Below are positions 11,443 through 23,574 of a DNA stretch of 64,000 bases, one piece after another. Origin of the DNA: Camelus ferus (lineage: Eukaryota); NCBI RefSeq assembly GCF_009834535.1, contig NC_045698.1, positions 10,232,001-10,296,000 on the forward strand, written 5' to 3'. Numbering within the stretch: position 1 is the stretch's first letter; each line of letters opens with the position of its first letter. The notes under the pieces were generated by a model. The model had not been told where the DNA came from. It saw only the letters and a program-made list of their open reading frames with translations, and ran no database searches. The position numbers were made by a program, and so were the translations under genes.

Positions 11443-14400
11443 GTGAGTCCCACGTGCGTGTTGCTCGTCACCGCTCCCACTGTTCAGAGAGGTGCGTGCT
11501 CCATTCTCTGGAGAACAACTCAACAGTAGCCTGAATTCCAAGTGGACAAAGTAGTGTAACATTAAAACCATGATCTTCCTCCTTATTTCCCTTTTGTGAC
11601 CATCCTCGGTGCAGGGGTGAGAAGGTACGTGCTGTGAGTGAGGGGCTTTGTGTGGTGACGGTGGGGTTGGGGTGCCCAGTGGGCTGGGATGTTAGGATGT
11701 GGTGCCTGAGGTGGAAGTAAAGCAAGATTGGTGGAGGATTCTCATACCAAGACCCAGTCAAAGGGAAGGTCAGAAGTGGGGCTCAGTTCCTTGTGGTATA
11801 TTTGTTTCTGTCTCCATGGTGAGCTATGGTTCTTTAAAAGTATTCTCTTGGTTTATAGCATGAACTGTGTGGGGCATTAAAAATCCTTGCCAGCTCATAT
11901 GCCAAGACACCGAGTTTGAGAACCTTCATTCAATCGGAGACCCTACTCTCACCAACCAAGGAGACTTTTTAGTGTTGATGCTGGAGCACTGGGAATAGGC
12001 AAAACTTTATTTCCTGGACCGCCCCGAAGTGAGGAGCAGGTAATAGGAACTGGTCTGGTAATAGGAATTTAGAATCTTTGCTTCTGCTCTAGAAATGTAT
12101 TTTGCAGGTTTGACTTAACGCAGCTAGCGGACTGCTGGTGGAGGAACCACCCCCCATTAATTATTAAGATTATTTTTTGGCGAATAGAATACTGCTCCAC
12201 ATAATCCAAGAATAGAGCCAGCCTGGAATAAGAGAGTGCTGTGTGCTGGGGGCTGGAGGGGTGCTCCCTGTGCGGAAAAGGTCATCCTCACTCTAGAAAG
12301 GCGTGCATGAGTGACGTGGGAGGGTGACAAGGGAGTTCCGTGGAGACTGAATGAGGATGTGTAGAAGGAAACTCGGTCATAATACAGGCCACAGAGTAAC
12401 TGTGAGCAGCATGTTGTGCAAGAGATAATAGAAGGTGGTCAGCAGCAGCATAATGGATCCTAAAGGTTGAGGCAGATGTCACCGATCCCCCACAGCACGT
12501 GGTTGGTGGCACCCCTGACACCAACCAGGGAACAGTGTTGCCCTTTGGTGACCCCTCCCAGCCATGACGGATGAAAGTCAGCTTTGGCGCGGATGGTCTG
12601 ACCTTCAGAGGAAGTGCTTGGTTTTTTCTGTTGGGTATCCTTTGTGGGAAGACTGTCACATTGTGTCATTGGTGGCAGAGCAATGGGCCTCTGCTTTAAA
12701 TCTATGGAAAAGTTTCCCATTGCCTCTTACTCTGGTATTTTCTTGGACTTGAACTATGAAATCATAGAGGTGGAAAGAGTTTTAGAGGTTCCTTGCTACT
12801 CACTGTCATTTATAAGAGACAAGATAGCTGGTAGCCACAGCTTACTGAGTTCTTACCTATGTACCAGGTGCAGTGCTGATGATAGAAAAAGAAACAGGGG
12901 AATCCAAAGGATGATGTAAAAAGTAAATAAATCTCTGCCAATCAAAATGATGCTTGTCATATAGTTTAATGAAAAACAAGTCGAATTTCATCTGGGTAAT
13001 CTTTTCAAAAACATTTGGTTGGAATTCTGTATGTAACTTTGGCAACTTGCTTTCTGGTTTGGAAATCCGTATTGATTGTAAATATAAAAAAATTATTTGC
13101 CCTTTCATTGATACTATTTAAAAAAATGGGCTCGGATGTATTTTGGATCATCTGGGTGGCCCACTTTAGAAACACACACACAACTTTGTCATGGGAAGTG
13201 TGGGTGTACTCAGAACTGTGAGGCTCCGGGGACCACACACCCACGTGCCGGTCATCCAGCTCCAGTGATGATCCCATTTTGCCAACCTGGTCTACTTTTC
13301 TCCAGAAATTATAGCAAATCCCAAACATCCCATCATGTCTCTCATAAATACTTCAGTGTGTAGAGTGACCCTCCAGCCGCTGAGCACAACACTTCATTTC
13401 ATTGCCTGGATTGACTTTTGTATTTACAATTTACAATTTCAAGTGACAGGAAGTGCCATTTTCTCTTCCTTGGTTAATGAGCAAATAAGAGAGGGGGGAT
13501 TAATATGTAAACAATGCATCTGCCACGTGATATTGGAGGAAGATTTCACAGTGGTCCAAATAGAAGTGGCAGCAAAAAGAGTCCTCCCGGGTCCACCCGG
13601 GTCCTGCAGGGACTGACAGAGCCTGGCCGCCTCCTGGGAGCGCAGAGGTGGGAGCAGTCTGGTTTTAGCCAAACAGTGGGATCAGTTAACAGCACCAGCA
13701 GATCAGTGGTGTGAACACGGAGGGACTTACTTTCTGAGTCTGATGATTTGTTGTTAGAGTTTCAGAGTGATGTGAACAGTCCTGGCAGGGAGGGTGGGCT
13801 GTGGGACCCCTTTCCCCGTCCCCTACTCCTGACGTTTTCTGTGACAAGAAGGTGGCTCTCGGGCTGTCCCTCAGCCAGGCAGCCGCAGGGCTGCACGTTC
13901 CTGGATGTAAAGTGTGCAAGCCGGGCAGGTGTTGGGGGGCAGAGTCAGACGGACCGACCTGGGTACTTCATTTTATGACTTTTCTGATCTTTGAACTGTG
14001 CTAGTAATGTGTACGTCTCGGCTCATTGTGTTAAGGAAGACGATTTATGCTCACGCCCAGCACAGCGTCTGACTCACAGCAGCTGCCACAAAAGTTGCGC
14101 GGTAATGTCCCTCGTTCCCGCTCACTCCTAGCTTTCCTTCAGCGGTTGTCCTATTGCCATGTGTCCTCGAGCCAGGTCGTCGTGTCTGTTTTCTTCTGTG
14201 TGGCCTCCTGATTGCCTTTTAACATGTGGCCCTCCAGGTTAGACTTTAGTGTGATGGGCGCAGTGGTGACCAGTATGAGTATTGTTATTTGGGCCACTTT
14301 CCTTTCCCCTCTCTCTTCCTTTGAAAGAAAACAATTTGAGTAATAGACTGATTTTCATACGATTCATGTGCAGGGAAACTTCCCACTAAATGTGTGTCCG

Positions 14401-15387
14401 AAAAGTCACAGCAGCACTTCTCGCTGGTCTAATTGGGATTCCTGCCCAGAGATGACAATCACGTTAGTCGTGGTACCTCTCTGGGTGTTTATTGCCCTTA
14501 TTGCTCGAATGATACTAATTACCTCGTAGAACATTTTGCCTTCTTTAGAATGCTTTGTAGTAGCTAGATGGATGAACCACTGACTCTCCTTTGTCAGATG
14601 AAATACGTGAAACTTTGAATTGATTCATTCATGAACTTTCATATTAAAAGTTACTTTCTTCATTGAGGAACCGAGGAAAGGAGAGTTTATCTTTTTTAGG
14701 GACCTGTATTGAAAAAAGACCTTAGTTTTATATAATTAAAAAAAATTAACAGCTAAAACAGCTTCATTTTGAAGCTCTTGGATAGAACTGCTAACATACC
14801 CAGTTAGTATGTCACATTTGGCCAGTGAGCACCGTCTTGAAGGAGGTGGCAGGGCTTTGAGCTTCTGCTGGCAGCCATATGTTCATCAAAAAAGATGAAC
14901 TGGATTTGGGAATGTTTGCAAATCACTGCTTTCTTAATGATGCCTAGCTTTTAACTGGATAAAGACAGGCGGGTTGAAAGGACGTGCACTCCCATCCCAG
15001 CTGGTGTGCTGTTTGTGTTACTTGGAGGTCACTGGGTGGTAAAAATTGGATCCTGGAGGCAGGTGAATAGTTAATCTTTCTGTAAACAGTGCAAGCTCCA
15101 GGCACTGTGTGCTTGTGTCTTTCCCCACCTTGTTCCTCCTGTTAAGCCTGGAGTTACCCAGGGTTCCTTTTAAGCCCCTGTCAAGTGGAGGGGCTTTGCA
15201 GTTTTATGTATACACTGTGTAGGGCTGTGTGAGGAGAAAGACAGGCCTGGAGAATCTACCTTGATAAAATGAAGACCTGTGCAGTCTCCCAAACAGCAAC
15301 TGGTGCAGCCTGTTGCTGCGGTTTGACAGTCTCCTGTCTGGTGGGTAGCAGCCGAATGCGCAAGTCTGGAGCAGAATGTCTCGGCCG

Positions 15388-15828
15388 GCATAAAAACGAA
15401 TGAAACCATGCCATTTGCAGCAACATGGGTGGACCTGGAGATCGTCATACTAAGAGAAGTAAGTCAGACAGAGGAAGACAAATACATGGTGTCACTTACA
15501 TGTGGAATCTTTAAAAAAAAAAAAGACACAAATGAACTTATTTACACAACAGAAACAGACTCACAGACAGAAAACTGACTTATAATTACCAAAGGGGAAA
15601 GGAGGGGGGATAAATTAGGAATTTGGGATTGGCAGATAATAAACTACTATGTACAGAATTAGATGAACAATAAGGTCCTACTGTATAGCACAGGGAGCTA
15701 TATTCAATAGCTTGTAATAAACTGTAATTAAAAAGAATATATACATACGTATAACTGAATCACTACGCTGTACACCAGAGACTCACCCAGCATTGTAAAT
15801 CAACTATATTTCAACTAAAAAAAAAAAA
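15388..15828 (+). mobile_element. L1 3' fragment (end of ORF2, 3' UTR, poly-A), 5'-truncated
   Basis: 'atgccatttgcagcaacatgggtggacctggag...acatgtggaatct...ctgtatagcacaggg...cattgtaaatcaactata' plus poly-A at 15817-15828. Probable diverged TSD agaatgtctcggc (15373-15385) / agagtgccttggc (15832-15844). Confidence 0.9.
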
Positions 15829-16549
15829 GAGAGAGTGCCTTGGCTGAGCAGCAGACGTCCTCCTGGTCAGGCTGGTCTAGCCCCGAGGACCTCAGCAGCC
15901 CAGAAATTTCTACTGAGTGGACTCTTGTGGAATTGTAAACTCCACCAGAGCCTCAGGAAGTCCAGAATGCTTACTTTCAGTGAGTGAGGCGATTGTAGGA
16001 AATGTCTCTGGGAGTGCCCCAGCTGTGTCTAAGGATTTGTGAAGGAGGCCTGAGACATTCCCTGGGTCATGGCCCAGGCCCTCCTGGAGGCAAGAGAGGT
16101 GACAGCATGAGGAGTGTGGAGCCAGGTGTAACTCTTTGTGAGTTCACATTCACATAGGAGTGGTTAACAGAAGTGAAGCACATGGCAACTTTCCACGTTG
16201 GAGGGAGAAGCCAGGCTGTTGGATCGTCTTGTTTTTCCTTGGGACTTCAACACTGTGTTGTCAGGACTGCGAGCTGCCATCTACTCAGGTTCTGTCCTCA
16301 CAGACTTTTTCGAAATATTTTTGTGACATGCCTCCTACACTGATGTAATTCTTATAGGAACTTGGAACGTCAGTTACTGTGATGATATATGTATGAATCA
16401 AGATAAGGAAAAGAATGGTGTGTGTGCAGTGTGGGATTGGAGAGGGCGGAGGAGCCAGCTCATGCAAGAGAGCGTGAAATTGGTTTTAATTTTGGCTTAA
16501 ATTTAGGGGAGACTTGTTTTTTTTCCTGTCTATAAGGACTCAATTGAAA

Positions 16550-17817
16550 TTTTTTTAATAAAAAATTTTGAAAGTGTAATTGATTTACAATGTTGTGTTA
16601 GTTTCAGATGTACAGCAAAGTGATTCAGTTTTATATATATATATATATATATATATGTTTTCAGACTATTTTCCATTGTAGGTTATTATACAATATTGAA
16701 TGTAGCTCCATGTGCTATACAGTAAATCCTTGTTGTTTAGTAATGTGTATCTGTTGATCTCAGACTCCTACTAGATCTCTCCCCACCTTTTCCCATTTGT
16801 AACCATAAGTTAGTTTTCTGTGTCTATGAGTCTGTTTCTGATTTTGTATGTAGATTCATTTGTATTACTTTTTAGATTCCACATACAAGTTGATATCATA
16901 TGACATTTGTCTTTCTCTGACTTACTTCACTTAGTATGATATTCTCTAGGTCCATCCATGTTGTGATACTTCTTTATTTTTACAGCTGAGTAATATTCCA
17001 TTGTGTATATATACCACATCTTTTTAACCCAGTTGTTTGCTGATGGGCATTTGGGCTGTCTCCATGTCTGAGCTATTGTAAACAGTGCTGCTGTGAACAT
17101 TGGGGAGCAGGTATCTTTTCAAATTAGAATTTTCATTTTCTCCAGATATATGCTTAGGAATGGGATTGCTGCATCATATGGTAGCTGTATTTTTAGTTTC
17201 TTTAAAGGAACCTCCATACTGTTCTTCATAATGACTACACACCAGTTTGCATTCCTACCAACAGTGTAAGAGGGTTGCCTCTCCACACCCTCTCCAGCAT
17301 TGACTATTTGTGAACTTTCTGATGGTGGCCATTCTGACCGGTTCGAGGTGATAGCTCACTCGATGTGGTTTTGATTTGCTTTCCTCTAGTGATGAACAGT
17401 GTTGGGCGTCTTTTCACAGGCTTATTGGCACCTGTATGTCTTCTTGGGAGAGATGTCTGTTTAATTTTTTTAATTGGATTTTTTTTTATTGAGTTGTATG
17501 AGCTGTTTGTATATTTTGGATATTCGCCCCTTTTTGGTCTCATCATTTGCAAATATTTTCTCCCATTCCATAGGTTGGCTTTTTGTTTTGTTTATGATTT
17601 TCTTTGCTGTGCAAAAGCTTATAAGTTTAATTAGGTCCCACTTGTTTATTTTTGCTTTTGTTTCTTTTGTCTTGGGAGACTGAACTAAGAAAATACTACT
17701 ACAATTTGTGTCGGAGGATGTTCTGCCTGTGTTCTCTTCTAGGAGTTTTTTGGCGTCATGTCTTACATTTAGGTCTTTAAACCATTTTGAGTTTATTTTT
17801 GTGTATGGTGTGAGGGA
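16550..17817 (-). mobile_element. L1 3' fragment of about 1.27 kb (ORF2 C-terminus plus 3' UTR) with an internal (TA)n microsatellite
   Basis: ORF 17470..17835(-) encodes [18 protein letters not shown]...[19 protein letters not shown]...MEWEKIFAN, the L1 ORF2p C-terminal region, frameshifted. T-rich tail at ~16550; (TA)n at 16632-16656. Confidence 0.93.
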
Positions 17818-17890
17818 AGACTGTGGATTTTTCACCCATGTTTATGGGCACTTTTACTCTCGGTTTTTCTTTATTGCAGAAGTGCTTTAT

Positions 17891-18334
17891 GGTGTAAATG
17901 GTGTAAGGAAGTGATCTAGCTTCATTTATTTACATGCTGCTGTCCAGTTTTCCCAACACCATTTACTGAAGAGACTGTCTTTATTCCATTGTATATTCTT
18001 GCCTCCTTTGTCGAAGATTAGTTGACCAAAAGTTTGTGGGTTCAGGACAGGAATAGACTCACAGACAGAGAATACAGACTTGTGGTTGCCAGGGGGGTGG
18101 AGGGTGGGAAGGGATAGACTGGGATTTCAAAATTGTAGAATAGATAAACAAGATTACACTGTATAGCACAGGGAAATATACATAAAATGTTATGATAACT
18201 CACAGAGAAAAAAATGTGACAATGAGTGTGTATATGTCCATGAATGAGAAATTGTGCTGAACACTGGAATTTGACAAAACATTGTAAAATGATTATAAAT
18301 CAATAAAAAATGTTAAAAAATACTGAGAAAAAAA
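17891..18334 (+). mobile_element. 5'-inverted L1 insertion: antisense ORF2 piece (17891-18044) joined to sense 3' UTR and A-tail (18045-18334)
   Basis: 13-bp TSD agaagt(g/a)ctttat at 17878-17890 and 18335-18347. The first part matches L1 ORF2 antisense ('gctgtccagttttcccaacaccattt...gaagagactgtc'); the second matches L1 3' UTR sense ('agactcacagac...ctgtatagcacaggg...cattgtaaaatgattataaatcaataaa'). Confidence 0.85.
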
Positions 18335-19288
18335 AGAAGTACTTTATATATATTTCCTGTGGACTTGGAGGTTGAGATTTTATAAAGTTAATTATTTTTA
18401 TTTCTTCATCAAGGACATTCTTAAGAGAAACTGGCTCTTTCGTTTGTTTCGACAGCTAGAATGTGGAGAGGAAGAATACAGTGACCCCTAGCACTGCTTT
18501 GACCTGTGCTAAGGGCCAGCAGTGTTCACCATGGCCTCTGCACCCTCAGTGCAACTGGCTGAAAAAGGCAAATAAGTCTCAGTGTTACTGTGAAGATAGA
18601 CTTACCCCCAGACCCCGCCGGAAGCGTGCCAAGGCGCTCTGTGGGCTGGTGCACCACATTGGAGAGTCCCTGAGATAGCTCAGGACCCAGACTGTTAGTC
18701 TAAGGGAATAAAATGGGACATTCAGAAGCTCCCACTCTCGCCAGCAGGCTGGTGGGGGTGGATTCAGCTTGTGATTCTGAAGTCCCAGTGACTGCCCCTC
18801 TCCTTTCCCTGGGCTCTGTGGGGGCCGTTAGGGTCTCTCCCCATTTAGTGCTTGCCAAAGACCTTTGCCCTAATAGTTATTAGACAGTGTGTATGATCAG
18901 TTAATGCATAAAAGACCAGAGAAATGAACAAGGATGGTCATTGCTTTTCTCTAAAGAGAAGACAAAGATGCAAAATCGTAGCCACAGAAAAAAGTTAAAG
19001 GTTTTTGAGGTTGAACCTTGTGCATGTATAGTCAGTCTATCCTGTCAAGGTACTGGGGAGAGTGAGAAAGTTCTATTTTACGATAAGACCTGAGCTCTTC
19101 CTGTAATGATTTTGTGTCCTCCAGCTCCTTCTGCACGAGTGCCCATCAGCCAGGCGGTGGGTGGAGGGAGGGAGGTCCCCAGGGACAGCAGGATGATGGA
19201 AGCAGAGTCAGCCTCGCCCAGCAGGACTCCAACCATAAATAATGGCAAGAGATTGCATGGTTCAAACCTGTTTTTCCTTTTTCTCTAG

Positions 19289-19481
19289 TGAAGAAGTGTG
19301 CAAGCGAGGATTCACGGTGATTGTGGACATGCGTGGGTCCAAGTGGGACTCCATCAAGCCTCTGCTGAAGATTTTACAAGAGTCCTTCCCCTGCTGCATT
19401 CACGTTGCACTGATAATCAAGCCAGACAACTTTTGGCAGAAACAGAGGACTAATTTTGGCAGTTCTAAATTTGAATTTGAG
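19289..19481 (+). CDS. TRIO: TRIO coding exon ~4 (EEVCKRGFTVIVDMRGSKWDS...FGSSKFEFE), 193 nt, SEC14 domain
   Basis: Acceptor ttctctag|T GAA GAA; donor GAG|gtaact. Lies within ORF 19242..19511. Confidence 0.97.
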
Positions 19482-21732
19482 GTAACTTTCTTGGGTAGCC
19501 AGACCAACTAAACCAATAGATGTGCCTTATTAAAAGTTGACTTTTTTCTCATCATTTTGGGCTGGTAATAGATTTTTAAAAACCACATATTCAACAGGAA
19601 CTGCACATCTTCTGTACATATGACATGTCAAATTAGTTGTGTGAAATTGTTGAGTTGGCTTTGCTGACCACCTTCTCCCGGTGGGTGTTTTGCCCACGGT
19701 GGGTTTTGGTTCCAGCTTTGTCTCTGGGAGGTGGGGCTGCTGAGGTATAAGGCACGCGTCTTAGGGAGAGAAGTCTGTTGCCTTTCACTTCAAGTGATAA
19801 AATAGCGCATGTGGCTTTACGTGGCTTCAGAGTCATCGTGGTTACCTCAGCCTTGGAAATAAGGGGATATTAGGGAGAAATGCCCCACTTCAGACTTCTT
19901 GAGGAAGATGTGTGGAAGAGAGTGACTTTTCATCCTGTCCTTGATACTGGAGAGGATGACCTGCCATGCGTTTCACAGCTCAGATCTCTCATTCATGAAA
20001 AGGGAGAGATTCCTGTAAAACCTCTGCAGAGTCCTGGATTCAGTTGACACACAAGGTTGCTGTATTTCAGACAGTGTATAAAACGACCCTCAGCCCACTG
20101 ACTTCCTCTCCTTTCTGCTGGAACCTCCCGTCCTCCTGCTCCCAGGGTTCTGACAAGGCTTGATGCAGTTAGTTTCAGGAGCTGGTTAAGGGAAGAAAGT
20201 CCTCTGGCCAGCTGGAAACTTGATTCATGCCATATTCTGTAATAACATTTACATATTTTCTAATAATGACTTACAATAATTTTTAGTTGAATAGATTGCT
20301 TCTTCTAGTCACTTTGCCCAAATACTAGGTTTCAGTGAATGTAGTCATGTATTTGAAGGTAAAGAATAGTAATAGTATTAAACATACCACACAGTATTAA
20401 AATTTCTTAAACTTTATGTTACATGTTACACTTTTCAAAGTCTTTTCACAAGTATATTACTTGCATTTTGAAGTCTTGTTCCGTGGTACTGATTTTCAAC
20501 CTGAAATCTGAATTTAGTTTGAATTTGAATTTGAAACAACACTTGAGGTTTAGGTGAAAGGTGAAACCAGTAAGTCTTAACTGTATACACAATAAGAAGT
20601 GATGTTGAAGGACAGTTTATTGGGGGTTAGTTATTTTCTTGCTGCAGAATATGAAGTGTGTTGGTTTAATTACACTTTTAATTACATATTGTAAACAGGA
20701 ATAATGGTTCGATGATACAATGTATGCGTTTTTGCTAGTTTTTTGCTAGTCTGATTGTGCTCTCTCCCTCCGAGCCTTAAAGTCACCTGCACTGGGGTTT
20801 CTGTTGAACTTGTCTCTACATCATTACCAGCTTCTCTCTGAGGTGGTTGCCTCACTGGACATTATGAAAATGTGGGCACATGAGGCAGGAATGAACCTGC
20901 AGTCACATTTTAGGCAGAAGTGCTGGACCAGGAACAGCCCCTCTTTCTAGCTCTGCTGCCTTTTGCCATTTCTAATGCCAGACAGCACAGAGATGCAGTT
21001 CTGGGTTTCGATAAGGCCGGAGGTGACAGAACTGGGGCCAGACCAGCCTTCCTGCGGTTTTTCTTTTGGTTCTAGGCCACACATCTTTCCCCTTTACCTC
21101 TGTCTTCATATTTAACACCACCCCCTTCTGTTTCCCTTGAGTCCTAAGAATAATACTAGCCCTACATCACCTTCTGGTAGGATGAGATTAAGATTTCTTG
21201 CTTAGGCTGTCGCTGCAGAACTTTGTCGCTGTCAGGTTGGGATGCAGTGCAGACGCTGCAGGGCACGCGTGCTGCTCAGAATCGCTGTGGGTTACTGCAG
21301 TGGATGCAACCTCCCCCTCTCCAACTTTGTGAAAAGAGCTTCTGCCAGCTTTCTTGCTAACCCTAGTGTATTTTCTAAATTTTTAAAAAGCCATTCATAT
21401 TCTAATGTGCCTACAATAGTGGGTTAATTTCTGCATTCTTGGAAAGAAAACTAAGTTCTTTGGCTCTCATTAAATGCACACGGGTCTATAATCTCAGTTA
21501 TTGCAACCAGCGTACACGTGTTGCTCTAAGGGAGTTATCCTTCCCTGACTGCACTAATGCTTCTTTGACTTACATTTGTTTCTATGGGGCCAGAGCAAGG
21601 TATGTTATGTCTTTTATAAATGGATTTTAAGTTTTAAGTTTGAAGATCTGTGCTTAAGCATTGCAAACTGCATTATGATAAGATTGTTTAAAATTGGTTC
21701 ATCTTCTCATATGTGATTTTTTTTCCCTTAAG

Positions 21733-22245
21733 ACAAATATGGTCTCTTTAGAAGGCCTTACCAAAGTAGTTGATCCTTCTCAACTCACTCCCGAGTTTGA
21801 TGGCTGCCTGGAATACAACCATGAAGAATGGATTGAAATCAGAGTTGCTTTTGAAGACTACATTAGCAGTGCAACCCACATGCTCTCTCGACTGGAGGAA
21901 CTTCAGGACATCCTCGCTAAGAAGGAGCTGCCTCAGGATTTAGAGGGGGCTCGAAATATGATCGAGGAACATTCCCAGCTGAAGAAGAAGGTGATCAAGG
22001 CCCCCATCGAGGACTTGGATTTAGAGGGACAGAAGCTGCTGCAGAGGATTCAGAGCAGTGACAGCTTTCCCAAAAAGAACTCGGGGTCGGGCAATGCAGA
22101 CCTGCAGAGCCTCTTGCCCAAGGTGTCCGCCATGCTGGACAGGCTGCACTCGACGCGCCAGCACCTGCATCAGATGTGGCATGTGAGGAAGCTGAAGCTT
22201 GACCAGTGCTTTCAGCTCAGGCTGTTCGAACAGGATGCTGAGAAG
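21733..22245 (+). CDS. TRIO: TRIO coding exon ~5 (TNMVSLEGLTKVVDPSQLT...QLRLFEQDAEK), 513 nt, end of SEC14 and first spectrin repeat
   Basis: Acceptor cccttaag|ACA AAT ATG; donor AAG|gtaaaa. Lies within ORF 21694..22497. Confidence 0.97.
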
Positions 22246-22680
22246 GTAAAACATGGGGGAGGGCTGCCAAGAGGAGACAGGGGAGGGGGTCTTCCTGGAG
22301 CACAGGGTCCCAGCACCAAGGCTGGTTGGGTCCGGAGAAAGGGCAGAGAAACAGGACTGGGGGAGGGCGAGCTTCTCCCCCGGCACTGGCTAGAGACCAG
22401 CAGTGTCGGCTCAGAGATCTCCCCTCTGTCTGCTTTCCGGTTTTATTCACTGTGCAGTGCAGTGATCTTCTGGAAACTTCGAGTTATTAATTACTGATAG
22501 TTTCGTTGAGAATGCCTGTGAGATAGATGAGAATGATACCTTTAGTTAAAAGAGTGAAAATTCTGTAAGAGATAGTATTGAAAGTGACGATCATGTATGT
22601 TAGTATTTTTCTGACAACTGCTCTTTAACTCATTAAAACTGGTGAGAAAACACTGTTTAGATCTTTTATTGAGTACGTTT

Positions 22681-22849
22681 TTATCTATTTATTTGTTTGT
22701 TTATTTTATTTTTAGGTTTTTTTTTTTTTTTTGGTGGGAGGAGGAAATTATGTTTATTTATTTATACTTTTTAAGGGAGGTATTGGGGATTGAACCCAGG
22801 GCCTCATGCATGCGAGGCACACGCTCTACCACTGAGCTATACCCTCCCC
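22681..22849 (-). mobile_element. tRNA-derived SINE, camelid Vic-1-like
   Basis: The reverse complement reads GGGGAGGGTATAGCTCAGTGGTAGAGCGTGTGCCTCGCATGCATGAGGCCCTGGGTTCAATCCCCAATACCTCC, then an AT-rich linker and poly-A. Partial TSD ttgagt...tttt on both sides. Confidence 0.88.
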
Positions 22850-23245
22850 TCTTGAGTCTATTTTTAAAACAAAAGCTGAATAATGCATTAAAAAGAATAG
22901 CTTTTGGAAAATACAGGCAGTGATTACTCATGGTTTCATGTTTGTGCTCCAGACAAACCAGCTGGGCAGAGTGAATCTTGCCAGTTACTGGCTGCGTCTC
23001 AGCAGGTGTGGGAGCAGGCGCTTGCTAGAGGAGGGTGTTGCAAGCCATGCACCTGGGTGAATTCATCCCTCTTAACTTGAGCTCACTGAATTTTTTTCAT
23101 GGACAGGAAAATATTTTGTAGAATAAAGTTAAAAAAAACTACATTAAAAATCTTTGATACAGAAGGACCTTTTGAAAGGTGACAGTTCAGTACTGTTATT
23201 TGGTAAGCTTTTAACCTCTCTGCCAGTGTATTTATGTTCAAAGTG

Positions 23246-23574
23246 CAGGTGATCCTTGAACCACGTGGGTTGGGGCGCTGACACGCGCATGTACTGGTAG
23301 GAAATCCCGGTACTGCTTGCTGTCTCTGCCTCAGAAACCAAGGAGCTGATAAATGGCTCACCCAAGGGCAGGAAGCTGAGCTAGAGAGTCAGGACTCCAA
23401 CCCTAGTTCTTCTGATTTCTGTATGTTGTGATCTCTAGTTGAACACAACTTTTCCTCACACTTAGTTAATTTAAAGATGTGTAAAATGAAAATGTGGGTA
23501 ATAAATTTATTGAAAAACATCTGCATATGAGTGGACCCATGCGGTTCAAACCAGTGTTGTTCAAGGTTCAAGTG
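23246..23574 (-). mobile_element. Tigger2-type non-autonomous DNA transposon (MITE)
   Basis: Terminal inverted repeats caggtgatccttgaacca / ttgttcaaggttcaagtg (14/18 complementary), TG/TA flanks, and subterminal 'gtggacccatgcggttcaaaccagtgttgttcaagg' matching the recalled Tigger2 end. Confidence 0.7.

Noticed and set aside
17304..17835. L1 ORF2-like ORFs as functional genes
   Set aside because: Only a frameshifted C-terminal remnant of a 5'-truncated L1.
22246..22497. C-terminal extension of ORF 21694..22497 (VKHGGGLPRG...), and similar run-ons in ORFs 28499..28945 and 46226..46633
   Set aside because: These are read-through past canonical donors into intron. TRIO similarity stops exactly at the GT.
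22775..22849. Possible tRNA gene (A and B boxes on the - strand; also 9515-9586)
   Set aside because: Followed by an AT-rich linker and poly-A tail, flanked by TSDs and with disrupted stems, so these are SINEs rather than tRNAs.
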